Source: Acidimicrobiales bacterium (GTDB lineage: Bacteria; Actinomycetota; Acidimicrobiia; Acidimicrobiales; Acidimicrobilacustridaceae). From it: a DNA stretch of 64,000 nt. The notes below the pieces were generated by a model that had not been told where the DNA came from, searched no databases, and was given only the letters and a program-made list of their open reading frames with translations. The translations under genes were made by a program, and so were the position numbers. The DNA lies in assembly GCA_044339605.1 (NCBI GenBank), contig JBIIVE010000001.1, positions 12,582 to 76,581 of the forward strand, written 5' to 3'. Shown here in pieces: positions 30,295 to 39,195 of the stretch. How positions within the stretch are numbered: the first letter of the stretch is position 1; each line of letters starts with the position of its first letter.

Positions 30295-30672
30295 CTCCAC
30301 TCGCATCACCACCGTGGATTCAAGATCGATATCGGGAACAAGCGAGCCGATGATCGGGATGCCAGTGATACTGCGATACGAAATCAGCACTCGAACTGAT
30401 GCGTCCCCGTCGACCATCGTGGTGGTGGCCGAAACGCGTTCGGCGGCAAGGTTTCCCGCCTGCCGTGCGGCCATAGTCGCAGCGCCTAACCGATCGCTAT
30501 CGCTCACGGAAGCAGCACGTGCTGCTTCACGCGCCGCATGCGAAACAAGAAGTTGATCGCGCACAACCAGTCCCGCTTGCACAATGAACAGCACCACCAG
30601 GACAACGAGGGGGAGGACCAATGCAAACTCCACGGTGGATTGTCCTTGATCCCCCCGCCTCGTCGACATCAC
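30271..30672 (-). CDS. TadE-like pseudopilin
   Basis: G|QSTVEFALVLP, AAREAAR. Confidence 0.88.
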   Translation of the reverse strand: MMSTRRGDQGQSTVEFALVLPLVVLVVLFIVQAGLVVRDQLLVSHAAREAARAASVSDSDRLGAATMAARQAGNLAAERVSATTTMVDGDASVRVLISYRSITGIPIIGSLVPDIDLESTVVMRVESDRKHRS

Positions 30673-30917
30673 TTCACCTTGTCCACAACGCCACCGAGCA
30701 CCGCATCGAACAGCGTGCCGATTGCTCCCGATTGGGTGGCCCAGCCAAGAAGCAACAGCGCAATTCCTGCAGCACCTAGCAAAACAAGCGCGTACTCCGC
30801 AGTGGTCTGGCCGCGGTCGGTGCGCAATCGTTCGCTACTTGATGCGGCGATCGGTTCGGGGCTGTTGTCAGCAAGGTCATTGATGGCAAGTGGTAAACGA
30901 CTGATGAAACTGTTCAT
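30669..30917 (-). CDS. Flp-type pilin (DUF4244-like)
   Basis: G|QTTAEYAL plus a hydrophobic helix. Confidence 0.85.
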   Translation of the reverse strand: MNSFISRLPLAINDLADNSPEPIAASSSERLRTDRGQTTAEYALVLLGAAGIALLLLGWATQSGAIGTLFDAVLGGVVDKVK

Positions 30918-30962
30918 AGAAAACTCCTTCGGTGTCGTGAAGTGGAAGGGGGAAGTCAGGCG

Positions 30963-31502
30963 CTACCAGCGAAGAGAGCTGAGCGAGGTCATCACCAAAG
31001 GGACGATCGCCAACAGCCCAAACGCTGGGAGAATGCAGAGCACAAGGGGAAAGAGAAGTTGCACCGGAAGTTTTCGGGCGTTGATTTCGGCCCACCGCCG
31101 GCGTTGCAAGCGGGCGTCGGCTGCCACTCGTTCAAGTGCTGGCCCCAGTGCCACCCCATCGAACGCCGCCGCACGCAATGAGGCCACAAGCGGACGTACC
31201 GGTTCTCCCAATTCGTCGAATGCATCAAGCGCGTCGCCGAACCGTTGACCAAGGGCGACCCGGCGACGAACTTCGGCCAGCGTTGAGGCGAAGACCTCGG
31301 GGGCATGCGGTTCGACAACGTCGACGACCTGATGCACGGAAAGGTCCGCACCCACAGCGAGCCGGAAGAGATCGACCAACTCAGGAACACTTTGGCGACG
31401 CGCGCTCTGGATCGATAACTGTTGCGAACGATGACGCGCGACGGGAACAAGGAATGCCCCGATTGCGAGAGCGGAACCGACAACGGGGCCAACTCCGATC
31501 AT
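30963..31502 (-). CDS. tadC: TadC / T2SS-F family protein
   Basis: DLFRLAVGA, AFDG…L, KLPVQLLFPLVLCILPAF. Confidence 0.8.
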   Translation of the reverse strand: MIGVGPVVGSALAIGAFLVPVARHRSQQLSIQSARRQSVPELVDLFRLAVGADLSVHQVVDVVEPHAPEVFASTLAEVRRRVALGQRFGDALDAFDELGEPVRPLVASLRAAAFDGVALGPALERVAADARLQRRRWAEINARKLPVQLLFPLVLCILPAFGLLAIVPLVMTSLSSLRW

Positions 31503-32260
31503 CGATGCCGTCCGATAAGCCGAGACATCCAGACCGCACCAAGCGCATCGAGACCGAGGCCCACTCCGAGGCAGGCCCAGCCAATTGGTTGACCTACAAG
31601 AAGGTCGAGGATGCGGCGATCGACCATCGACGCCACTGCAGCAAAGACCACGGGGGCAACCACGAGCACGATCGCCGAGGCCCGAGCTTGTGAAGAAAGC
31701 GCTGCGACCTCGCGTTCCAATGCCACCCGCTCGCGCAGTGACGCAGCAACGCCATCGAGCACCCGTGCCGAAGCGCCACCGGTACGAGATGCCAGATCGA
31801 GCGCAGTTGCCGTCAGTTGTCGATTCGGCAACTCGTCTTCCTGGCGCCAGTCTTCGACCGTGTCGCTCAGTGAACGCCCTTGACCCAACTCTGCTGAGAT
31901 ACGGGCAAAGACTGGATCATCTTGGCCAACGCTGCGCAGCGCCAATGGAAGGGTCGCGCCAGAACGAAGTTGTCGAACAACACGATCGAGTGCACCCGGT
32001 ATGCGCAGATCGAGCCGACGGCGATTCCGTCGCTCGATCAGTCGGTGAGCCGGACGTAGTGGGCGAGCCGACATCAACTGGGCCACAGCAGCGCGAGCTC
32101 CTCGAAGAATGAGCGAGTCGCGCGCTGCGAAAGATTCCGCAGCAAACCGCTGATGCACTCGACGAGCCGCCATCATTTCTGGAGTTGTCGTAATCGCAGC
32201 TACCGATGCAGTGACGGTGAGAATTGTCAGCACAATGACGGGAAATAGTTTGAGATTCAT
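31499..32260 (-). CDS. tadB: TadB / T2SS-F family protein
   Basis: LRSGA, RTGG…LDGVA, LSSQARASA. Confidence 0.8.
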   Translation of the reverse strand: MNLKLFPVIVLTILTVTASVAAITTTPEMMAARRVHQRFAAESFAARDSLILRGARAAVAQLMSARPLRPAHRLIERRNRRRLDLRIPGALDRVVRQLRSGATLPLALRSVGQDDPVFARISAELGQGRSLSDTVEDWRQEDELPNRQLTATALDLASRTGGASARVLDGVAASLRERVALEREVAALSSQARASAIVLVVAPVVFAAVASMVDRRILDLLVGQPIGWACLGVGLGLDALGAVWMSRLIGRHR

Positions 32261-33435
32261 ACTTCGATCCAGTTCTCGGAGGGAGCGCTGACATGAACTG
32301 CACGCTGAGGCCGTCTGGGCAACCCGACAAGCCGACCTTCTGGGCTGGTTAATTCATTCACTCGAACAGTCGCAGTTTCAGTTTCAACCATGGGCTCGGC
32401 GACCGCCACGACGCGCCGCGATCCATCGGGCATTCGGGCCACATGAACAATGAGATCGATTGCTGCTCGTAACTGTTCACGAACCGCAACAAGCGGCAAC
32501 GCGACATCGCCCATAAGTACAAGGGTTTCGAGTCGGCGAATTGCGTCGACCGGAGAATTCGCATGACAGGTCGACAACGACCCATCGTGACCAGTGTTCA
32601 TCGCCTGCAACATGTCGATGGCTTCGCCCGAACGGACCTCGCCAACCACGATTCGATCAGGACGCATTCGCAACGCATTCCGAACAAGTTCACGAATGGC
32701 TACCTCGCCGGCACCTTCGGCGTTCGCGGGTCGGGACTCGAGTCGTAAGACATGTCGACCCGGTAGGCGGAGTTCTGCCGCATCTTCGATTGTGACGACG
32801 CGCTCGTCCGGGGGGATGAATCCGGCAATGGCATTGAGCAGTGTGGTCTTGCCTGCGCCGGCACCGCCGCTGACCATGATGTTGCAGCGAGCGTGCACCG
32901 CCCACTCGAGCAAACGGGCAACACCAGGCGTGCAGGCCTCGGAAAGATGCACACGCCGGGCACCAAAGCGACGAATCGTGAGCAAGGGCCCATCGACAGC
33001 AAGCGGTGGCACCACACCATTGACTCGAGACCCATCGGCAAGGCGCGCATCGACCCATGGCGATGTGCGATCGATTCGTAGACCAAGCGGAGCAACGATT
33101 CGTTCGAGCAGGGCATAGGTGGAGGTGCTGTCAATAATCACGCCGGTGCATTCGAGGTGGCCGTGGCGTTCAACCCAAAGGTCGCCGGCACCGTTGATCA
33201 TGACTTCATCGACCGTGGAATCTGCGAGAAACGGATCGAGAATTCCGAGGCCACCCACACGCGAATGAACTCGACTCACGACATCGGCAATCGATTGATC
33301 GTCGAGCAGTGGACTGTGATTGAGAACGAGTTGTGCAACTGATGACGCATCGTGATGACCGCCATTGAGCAGCTGTTGATGCACGGTCTCGACTAAGGGA
33401 GTGAGCACTTCGTTGGGACTGGGGTCAGGCGACAT
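32257..33435 (-). CDS. cpaF: CpaF/TadA pilus assembly ATPase
   Basis: GGAGAGKTT, TIEDAAEL, LRMRPDRIVVGEVR, MNTGHDG. Confidence 0.95.
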   Translation of the reverse strand: MSPDPSPNEVLTPLVETVHQQLLNGGHHDASSVAQLVLNHSPLLDDQSIADVVSRVHSRVGGLGILDPFLADSTVDEVMINGAGDLWVERHGHLECTGVIIDSTSTYALLERIVAPLGLRIDRTSPWVDARLADGSRVNGVVPPLAVDGPLLTIRRFGARRVHLSEACTPGVARLLEWAVHARCNIMVSGGAGAGKTTLLNAIAGFIPPDERVVTIEDAAELRLPGRHVLRLESRPANAEGAGEVAIRELVRNALRMRPDRIVVGEVRSGEAIDMLQAMNTGHDGSLSTCHANSPVDAIRRLETLVLMGDVALPLVAVREQLRAAIDLIVHVARMPDGSRRVVAVAEPMVETETATVRVNELTSPEGRLVGLPRRPQRAVHVSAPSENWIEV

Positions 33436-34093
33436 CACGAAGCGCCTTCCCCAACGGCGAAGGGAGGCGCGCTGCAAGGAGCCCAGAATCAACCGCGCGA
33501 GCAACCGCTGGTTCGACAGCGACCGCTGCGACAACGGGAACTCCAAGGACGTCTTCGACATCGCTTCGACGAAGGGCGCGACCGTCTTCTTCGACGAGCA
33601 CGACTCCCGTTGGCCGAAACGGGAGAGCCGATGCTCGGCGCAGCGAGATGAAACAGGGCCGGGTCACAAGCAGCGACGTTGTTGCCGCCTCAATGAACTG
33701 CCGACGCACACGATCTTCAACATCGCCCGCGCCAGACACGCGCCCAACATCGACCACGATCGGTCGCTCGTCATCGACAAGTTTCTCGAGACACAGTGCC
33801 GCTCGGTCCTCGCTCAGAAGCGACCGGCGCCCTCGGGGAATCAGGCGAACGCCACTCGCCACCGAGTGTTCGAGACGCTCGATCGCCGACACTCCGACTG
33901 ATGGCGACGCAGCCAACCAATCGGAAAGTCCTGGTCCCCCAGGTTCGGGAACACCCAACACCGTCGGCCCGTCGCCATCGAGATCCACCAGGACTGAACC
34001 GAAATCACCATCACGGCCGAGCAACACCGCCAGTGCGACTGCAACCACGGTTGTGCCCGATCCGCCTTTTGCAGACCAACACGAAAACATCAT
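33425..34093 (-). CDS. Ssd/CpaE-like MinD-fold protein
   Basis: Degenerate P-loop KGGSGTT, LVDLD, DSGLL…RLP; first gene of the tad operon. Confidence 0.75.
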   Translation of the reverse strand: MMFSCWSAKGGSGTTVVAVALAVLLGRDGDFGSVLVDLDGDGPTVLGVPEPGGPGLSDWLAASPSVGVSAIERLEHSVASGVRLIPRGRRSLLSEDRAALCLEKLVDDERPIVVDVGRVSGAGDVEDRVRRQFIEAATTSLLVTRPCFISLRRASALPFRPTGVVLVEEDGRALRRSDVEDVLGVPVVAAVAVEPAVARAVDSGLLAARLPSPLGKALRDVA

Positions 34094-34233
34094 TCGCCCT
34101 CCTGAGAACAGCAGCACAGAGAAGGGAAGTTGGTGTCACCGTACGAAGTCGCCGCAACGCCGTCAAGGGTCATCGGTGCCAACTTAATTTCAGGCGGCTC
34201 AAGTTTCGCCAGACCCACCCGTATGCTCAAGAT

Positions 34234-35034
34234 GTGGAAGCAGCGTTTTTCGATCTCGATAAAACCGTCATTGCGCGCGCGTCGATGATCGCGTTCGGAA
34301 AATCCTTCCGCCAAGCCGGAATGATCAATCGTCGGGTCATGGCTCGCGCTGCGTGGAATGGTCTCGTCTTTCACACCCTCGGTGCCGACGAGGAACGCAT
34401 GCGGAAGTTTCGCGAATCCGCACTTCGCATCACACGGGGATGGGATCACGCCGCAGTCGGCTCCCTAGTTCGCGACACCCTCACCGATGTCATCGACCCC
34501 ATCGTCTACGACGAAGCCCTCGAACTTATTCAGGAACATCGTGACGCAGGTCGCCTCGTCTTCATCGTTTCCGCATCACCCGAAGAAATTGTGATTCCAC
34601 TTGCGTCGTATCTCGGTGCCGATGGCGCCATTGCCAGCCGGGCGCGAATCGATCACGACGGCAACTACACCGGCGAAGTCGATGTCTATGCCTACGGCCC
34701 TTACAAAGCTGAAGCCATCGCCAATGTCGCAGCGACACGAAACATTGATCTCGAAAAGAGTTGGGCCTATTCCGACTCAGCGACCGACGAACCCATGTTG
34801 CGAGCTGTTGGTCACCCGGTCGCGGTGAATCCCGATCGAGAACTCACTCGCATTGCAACGGCCGAAGGATGGCCGATTCTTTCGTTCACTCGACGCGTCC
34901 CCTTGCGAGATCGCGTCACACTGCCGCCACCTGGTCGCATTGCGACAGGCGCGGTGATCGCCACCGGGGTGTCTGCCGGACTTTTCCTCGGATGGTGGTT
35001 ACTGACCCGGCGAGCAACGCCGAGGTCGGCCTGA
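34234..35034 (+). CDS. HAD-IB family hydrolase (Rv3661-like)
   Basis: FFDLDKT, VSAS, AYSDSATD, AVNPD; TATGCT-6 nt-GTG. Confidence 0.92.
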   Translation: MEAAFFDLDKTVIARASMIAFGKSFRQAGMINRRVMARAAWNGLVFHTLGADEERMRKFRESALRITRGWDHAAVGSLVRDTLTDVIDPIVYDEALELIQEHRDAGRLVFIVSASPEEIVIPLASYLGADGAIASRARIDHDGNYTGEVDVYAYGPYKAEAIANVAATRNIDLEKSWAYSDSATDEPMLRAVGHPVAVNPDRELTRIATAEGWPILSFTRRVPLRDRVTLPPPGRIATGAVIATGVSAGLFLGWWLLTRRATPRSA

Positions 35035-35035
35035 T

Positions 35036-35110
35036 TCAGGCGTCTTGCAGTTTCTTCACCGCGAATGCGGCGAGGGCGACAACGACGATGAGTACGAGAA
35101 GCTTCTTCAT
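35036..35110 (-). CDS. 24-aa hydrophobic peptide (below the ORF-track cutoff)
   Basis: MKKLLVLIVVVALAAFAVKKLQDA; TAGAGT 7 nt upstream; codons rich in G/C at third positions. Confidence 0.65.
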   Translation of the reverse strand: MKKLLVLIVVVALAAFAVKKLQDA

Positions 35111-35164
35111 GGGGGTCACTCTAGAACGGAGCCTGCTCTCGGTTCCATCGCGACCGGGGTGCGC

Positions 35165-35785
35165 TCAGGAAGGCGGGGCTGTCCCGGCGGGCCAACGGTT
35201 CACCGCAACCACCCGACAGGCATATGCGCCTTGTTTCGGACGTGGAGCGCTGGCGGACCAATTGGTGGTCGCGTGCTCGGGTACGGCCTTCACGGTGATG
35301 GTGCTCGCAGCGAATTCCTCGCCTGTGCTGCCAGAACCGGTCGAACGGAACGACACGTCGATCTCGTAGTCGACGCTCTCGCTGGTCCAGTTGGTGAGGG
35401 TCCCGGCGGCCTTCACGCCATCGGCGCCATCGCTTTCGCAGACTCCAAGGTGGATATCGCGCTGGGGCGGGTGGACAGCATCGCTGCTGGAACTGGAGAT
35501 TCCGGTTTCGGCGTAGACCTCTTGAAGAATTTTCGCGTTCGCGCTTTCGTCGGATTCTCCGAAGATCCGGAGGCCGATGACGACCAACACGATGGCGAGT
35601 ACCAGCGCGATGATCGCCAGGACTGCACCGACAATGAGCACGGCGACACAACCACGTTGCTCGGCGGCGGCGTCAACTGCCGATGCCGGCGGCGGCGGGT
35701 TTGGTCCGGGAGTCACCGAAGGTGCCGGTGGAACACCGGTTGTTGAAACCTCGGCATCGATGTCGTCGTCGAACTGATCAGTCAT
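35165..35785 (-). CDS. Membrane-anchored protein with an extracellular FxLYD-like beta domain
   Basis: Pro-rich N-terminus, TM helix, GTLTNWTSESVDYEIDVSF. Confidence 0.7.
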   Translation of the reverse strand: MTDQFDDDIDAEVSTTGVPPAPSVTPGPNPPPPASAVDAAAEQRGCVAVLIVGAVLAIIALVLAIVLVVIGLRIFGESDESANAKILQEVYAETGISSSSSDAVHPPQRDIHLGVCESDGADGVKAAGTLTNWTSESVDYEIDVSFRSTGSGSTGEEFAASTITVKAVPEHATTNWSASAPRPKQGAYACRVVAVNRWPAGTAPPS

Positions 35786-35809
35786 GGCCGCGGCAACTCC
35801 GCGAAACGA

Positions 35810-36745
35810 TCAGACGGCGAGCAGGTCGCGTGCGCCGGTATCTGACGACGGATGACGAAGCTTCGACATTGCACGGGCTTCGATCTGACGAATGCGCTCA
35901 CGAGTGAGGTTGAAGTGTTCGCCAACCTCTTCGAGGGTGCGAGGTTCGCCACGGTCGAGACCGAAACGAAGCTTGAGGATCTCGCGCTCGCGTTCGTCGA
36001 GTGGTGAAAGCAGTCGGCTGATTTCCTCGGGAAGCAACGCAGTGGCAGCAACCTCGAACGGAGATTCAGCAGAGCGATCTTCAACAACGTCGCCAAGTTC
36101 GGCATCGCCGTCTTCACGAAGAGGCTCGGAAAGCGAAAGGGGTTCGGCAGCGAAACGAAGAGCTTCGGTGACTTTGTCTTCCGGCATTTCAACCTCGGCC
36201 GAAAGTTCGGCGAGAGTTGCGGGACGTCCAAGCTTCAGTTCAAGACGCGCACGCGCTTTCTGCAAACGAGCAAGCGTGTCGCCAGCGTGAACTGGGAGCC
36301 GGATGGTTCGACCGGTGTTAGCGATACCGCGAGTGATGGCCTGACGGATCCACCAGGTTGCGTAGGTGGAGAACTTGAAACCCTTGCGCCAGTCGAACTT
36401 CTCGACGGCATGCATGAGGCCAAGGTTCCCTTCTTGAATGAGGTCGAGAAGCGGAAGGCCAGAGGCTTGGTACTTCTTCGCGATTGAGACAACGAGACGG
36501 AGGTTGGACTGCACGAAGGTGCGCTCGGCGTCGTCACCCTGTTTGATCGAACGCTTCAGTTCGCGCTTGCGAGCAACAGTGAGGGTCTTGGCTGCATCCA
36601 TTTCGGCGCGAGCGGCAACGCCACCCTCGATGGCCTGCGCCAGACGAACTTCGTCGTCCTTCGTGAGCAGGGGGTACTGGCCAATGTCAGTGAGGTAGAG
36701 ACGAACGAGATCCTCTTCGTCGCGTTCAACACGTTCCTTTGCCAC
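35810..36745 (-). CDS. Group 1/2 sigma-70 factor (RpoD/SigB-like, no region 1.1)
   Basis: DLVRLYLTDIG, NLRLVVSIAKKY, FSTYATWWIRQAI, TRERIRQIE. Confidence 0.93.
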   Translation of the reverse strand: MAKERVERDEEDLVRLYLTDIGQYPLLTKDDEVRLAQAIEGGVAARAEMDAAKTLTVARKRELKRSIKQGDDAERTFVQSNLRLVVSIAKKYQASGLPLLDLIQEGNLGLMHAVEKFDWRKGFKFSTYATWWIRQAITRGIANTGRTIRLPVHAGDTLARLQKARARLELKLGRPATLAELSAEVEMPEDKVTEALRFAAEPLSLSEPLREDGDAELGDVVEDRSAESPFEVAATALLPEEISRLLSPLDEREREILKLRFGLDRGEPRTLEEVGEHFNLTRERIRQIEARAMSKLRHPSSDTGARDLLAV

Positions 36746-36865
36746 TGCCACACCTCTGGACTTCGGCCCGGAGAATCGGCCATGGGGGCCGCCGGGGTGT
36801 GACAACGATACCGGGCCGGTCAAGCCCCCCAACCAAGCGGGTCACGAATCTCTGAGAAAGAGTCG

Positions 36866-37414
36866 TCAGACCCCGAAAATGTGGGTGATTCGGGCGTTGG
36901 CGCCGGCCAGTTCCGCCCCGACTCGTTCGGCTGCGGCCCGCTCTTCGGCCGTGGTCATCACGAGTTCCATCGGACCGATTCCCTCGGCCACATCATTTGA
37001 GACATCGGTGAGAGAGATGTTGAGCAATCGCCGTATCGGGGCGTCGGCAACGGTCGTGGTGCGCTCCAGATGAGCCGCCATCGCAGTTCGGAGACCGGGA
37101 AGGAGCTCTCCATAGGCCACCACCATGCGGGCGCCTTGCGACTCGCCGACAAGCTCGGCGATGAGATCAAAGGCTTCACGCTCAACCGTGGTGAGCGTCA
37201 GCAACGCGTCAGGTCCAGGCGGTGCCGTTGGCAGCATCTCGAACCAACGCTTTGCTCGCCAGGCGCTGTGATCGGCTGCTGAGACAAGTGCGAGTTTCGC
37301 CACGGGCAGTTCGACCTCAGTTGCCCATTGGCCGAACAGGCCGAAAAGTAACTGCTCAACGCGGCAATAAGAGGCCATGCGCTCTACGGATTCGCCTGCG
37401 GTGAGAAACGCCAT
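36866..37414 (-). CDS. Hypothetical helical (ferritin-like?) protein
   Basis: Clean ORF with a TAACCT-6 nt-ATG start; helical pattern. The fold call is tentative. Confidence 0.6.
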   Translation of the reverse strand: MAFLTAGESVERMASYCRVEQLLFGLFGQWATEVELPVAKLALVSAADHSAWRAKRWFEMLPTAPPGPDALLTLTTVEREAFDLIAELVGESQGARMVVAYGELLPGLRTAMAAHLERTTTVADAPIRRLLNISLTDVSNDVAEGIGPMELVMTTAEERAAAERVGAELAGANARITHIFGV

Positions 37415-37444
37415 GGGTGCAGGTTAGGGGAATCCTCGCAACGG

Positions 37445-39151
37445 CTAACGGCGATATCGGTTGACGATGGGGAGGCGACGGTCTTTGCCGAACGCTTTCG
37501 AGGTCACTCGCGGTCCCGGTGGCGATTGGCGCCGTTTGTATTCCGCTAAATCAACCAGGCCAACGATTCGCTGTACGACCGCAGGATCGTGACCCGCGGC
37601 GATGATTTCCTCGATCGAGTGATCCCCTTCGACATACATCGCCAAAATCGGATCGAGCTCCTCGTATGGCGGGAGGCTTTGGTCGTCTCGCTGATCAGGA
37701 CGTAATTCCGCTGATGGCGGTTTCACCAGCACAGTTTCTGGGATCACTTCACGACCTGCGAGCTCGTTGCGATAACGGCAAAGTCGGTACACCAACAACT
37801 TCGAGACGTCCTTAATGACGGCGTAGCCGCCCGCGGAATCGCCATACAGCGTTGAATAACCAACCGAAGATTCGCTCTTATTGCCGGTGTTGAGAAGCAA
37901 CCAACCAAACGCGTTCGACAAACCCATCAGCGTTACTGCTCGGAGCCGGCTCTGAAGATTCTCTTCAGCAAGTCCAATCGACTGACCGTCGTAGGACGAC
38001 GAAAGCATTTCCATCAACGCGGAATGTCCAGGTTCAATTGCAATTGTTCGATACTCAACACCCAAGTTTTCGGCAAGAGCAACTGCATCGGAAATCGAAT
38101 GATCACTAGAATACCGCGATGGCATCAGTACGCCGTGCACATGTTCGGGGCCAATGGCATCGGCAGCAATTGCCGCAACGAGTGCTGAATCAACGCCGCC
38201 CGACAAACCAATCACAACGTCAGAGAATCGATTCTTGATGACGAAGTCACGGGTAGCGAGAACAAGTGCGTTCCAGACTTCGGCTTCTTCGGTGAGCGTT
38301 TCAGCAATGCCTGTCTGGTCGATAGGTGGTCGTTCGGCGGCGAGGTTTGCGTCATTGAGATCAACATCAATGATGCAGAGGTCTTCAACAAACCGCGATG
38401 CGCGGGCCAGCAGAACGCCGTTGGCCGACATCACCATTGAGTCGCCATCAAAGACGAGTTCGTCTTGGCCGCCGACTTGGTTGACATAAGCAATCGGCGC
38501 AGCCGCTTCACGAGCGCGTTCGGCAATGACCGCAGCCCGCTCTTGCGACTTTCCAACATTGAACGGAGACGCGTTGATGTTTACAACCAACTGCACCGAG
38601 CGTGAACCAAGTTCGGCAATCGGTCCACCCTCGATCCAAGCATCTTCACAAATGGACACCCCGAAACGAACACCCTGCACTTCAAAGACCGGAACAGGGC
38701 CCTCGCCTGCAACGAAATAGCGCGCTTCGTCGAACACCGAATAGTTCGGCAATTCGCGCTTGCGGTACACGCCATCCAATGAGCCGTTCGACAGCACCGC
38801 CGCAGCATTGAACAAAACTGGTCGTTCAACTGCTCGAGAAGTTTTGGTGACCTCGCCAGGATCGGCAGATTCACGCGAGGCCAAACCTTGTTCGACGAAT
38901 CCCACAACCGTTGTGCACGAACTCGAAGCAGCAATGATTCGGTCGAGCGCTGCTCGTACGTCATCGACAAAGCCCGAACGCAGCAGAAGGTCCTCGGGTG
39001 GATATCCGGTGATCGCCAGTTCGGGAAACGCAACGATGTCGCAACCGGCCGCGTTGGCTTGGTTCATCAGCTCGATGATGCGTGACGCGTTGCCATCGAT
39101 ATCGCCGACGACCGTATTGAGTTGAGCGAGACCAATGCGCAGGCTGGGCAC
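37445..39151 (-). CDS. nadE: Glutamine-dependent NAD+ synthetase
   Basis: Nitrilase triad (FPEL, YRK, ICED) plus SGGVDS, ENLQSR, TGNKSE, PPSAEL. Confidence 0.97.
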   Translation of the reverse strand: MPSLRIGLAQLNTVVGDIDGNASRIIELMNQANAAGCDIVAFPELAITGYPPEDLLLRSGFVDDVRAALDRIIAASSSCTTVVGFVEQGLASRESADPGEVTKTSRAVERPVLFNAAAVLSNGSLDGVYRKRELPNYSVFDEARYFVAGEGPVPVFEVQGVRFGVSICEDAWIEGGPIAELGSRSVQLVVNINASPFNVGKSQERAAVIAERAREAAAPIAYVNQVGGQDELVFDGDSMVMSANGVLLARASRFVEDLCIIDVDLNDANLAAERPPIDQTGIAETLTEEAEVWNALVLATRDFVIKNRFSDVVIGLSGGVDSALVAAIAADAIGPEHVHGVLMPSRYSSDHSISDAVALAENLGVEYRTIAIEPGHSALMEMLSSSYDGQSIGLAEENLQSRLRAVTLMGLSNAFGWLLLNTGNKSESSVGYSTLYGDSAGGYAVIKDVSKLLVYRLCRYRNELAGREVIPETVLVKPPSAELRPDQRDDQSLPPYEELDPILAMYVEGDHSIEEIIAAGHDPAVVQRIVGLVDLAEYKRRQSPPGPRVTSKAFGKDRRLPIVNRYRR

Positions 39152-39195
39152 CCCCGCAGACTACGGGCCTTCACGCGACGCAATAGCCTCAAGTC

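Noticed and set aside
27961-35034. Helicase-tad-ssd-HAD block as a novel defence or uptake system
   Set aside because: It matches the conserved actinobacterial Rv3649-Rv3661-type neighbourhood; no extra genes present
35045-35746. 233-aa plus-strand ORF
   Set aside because: Antisense to two minus-strand genes with better coding signals; no recognisable motif
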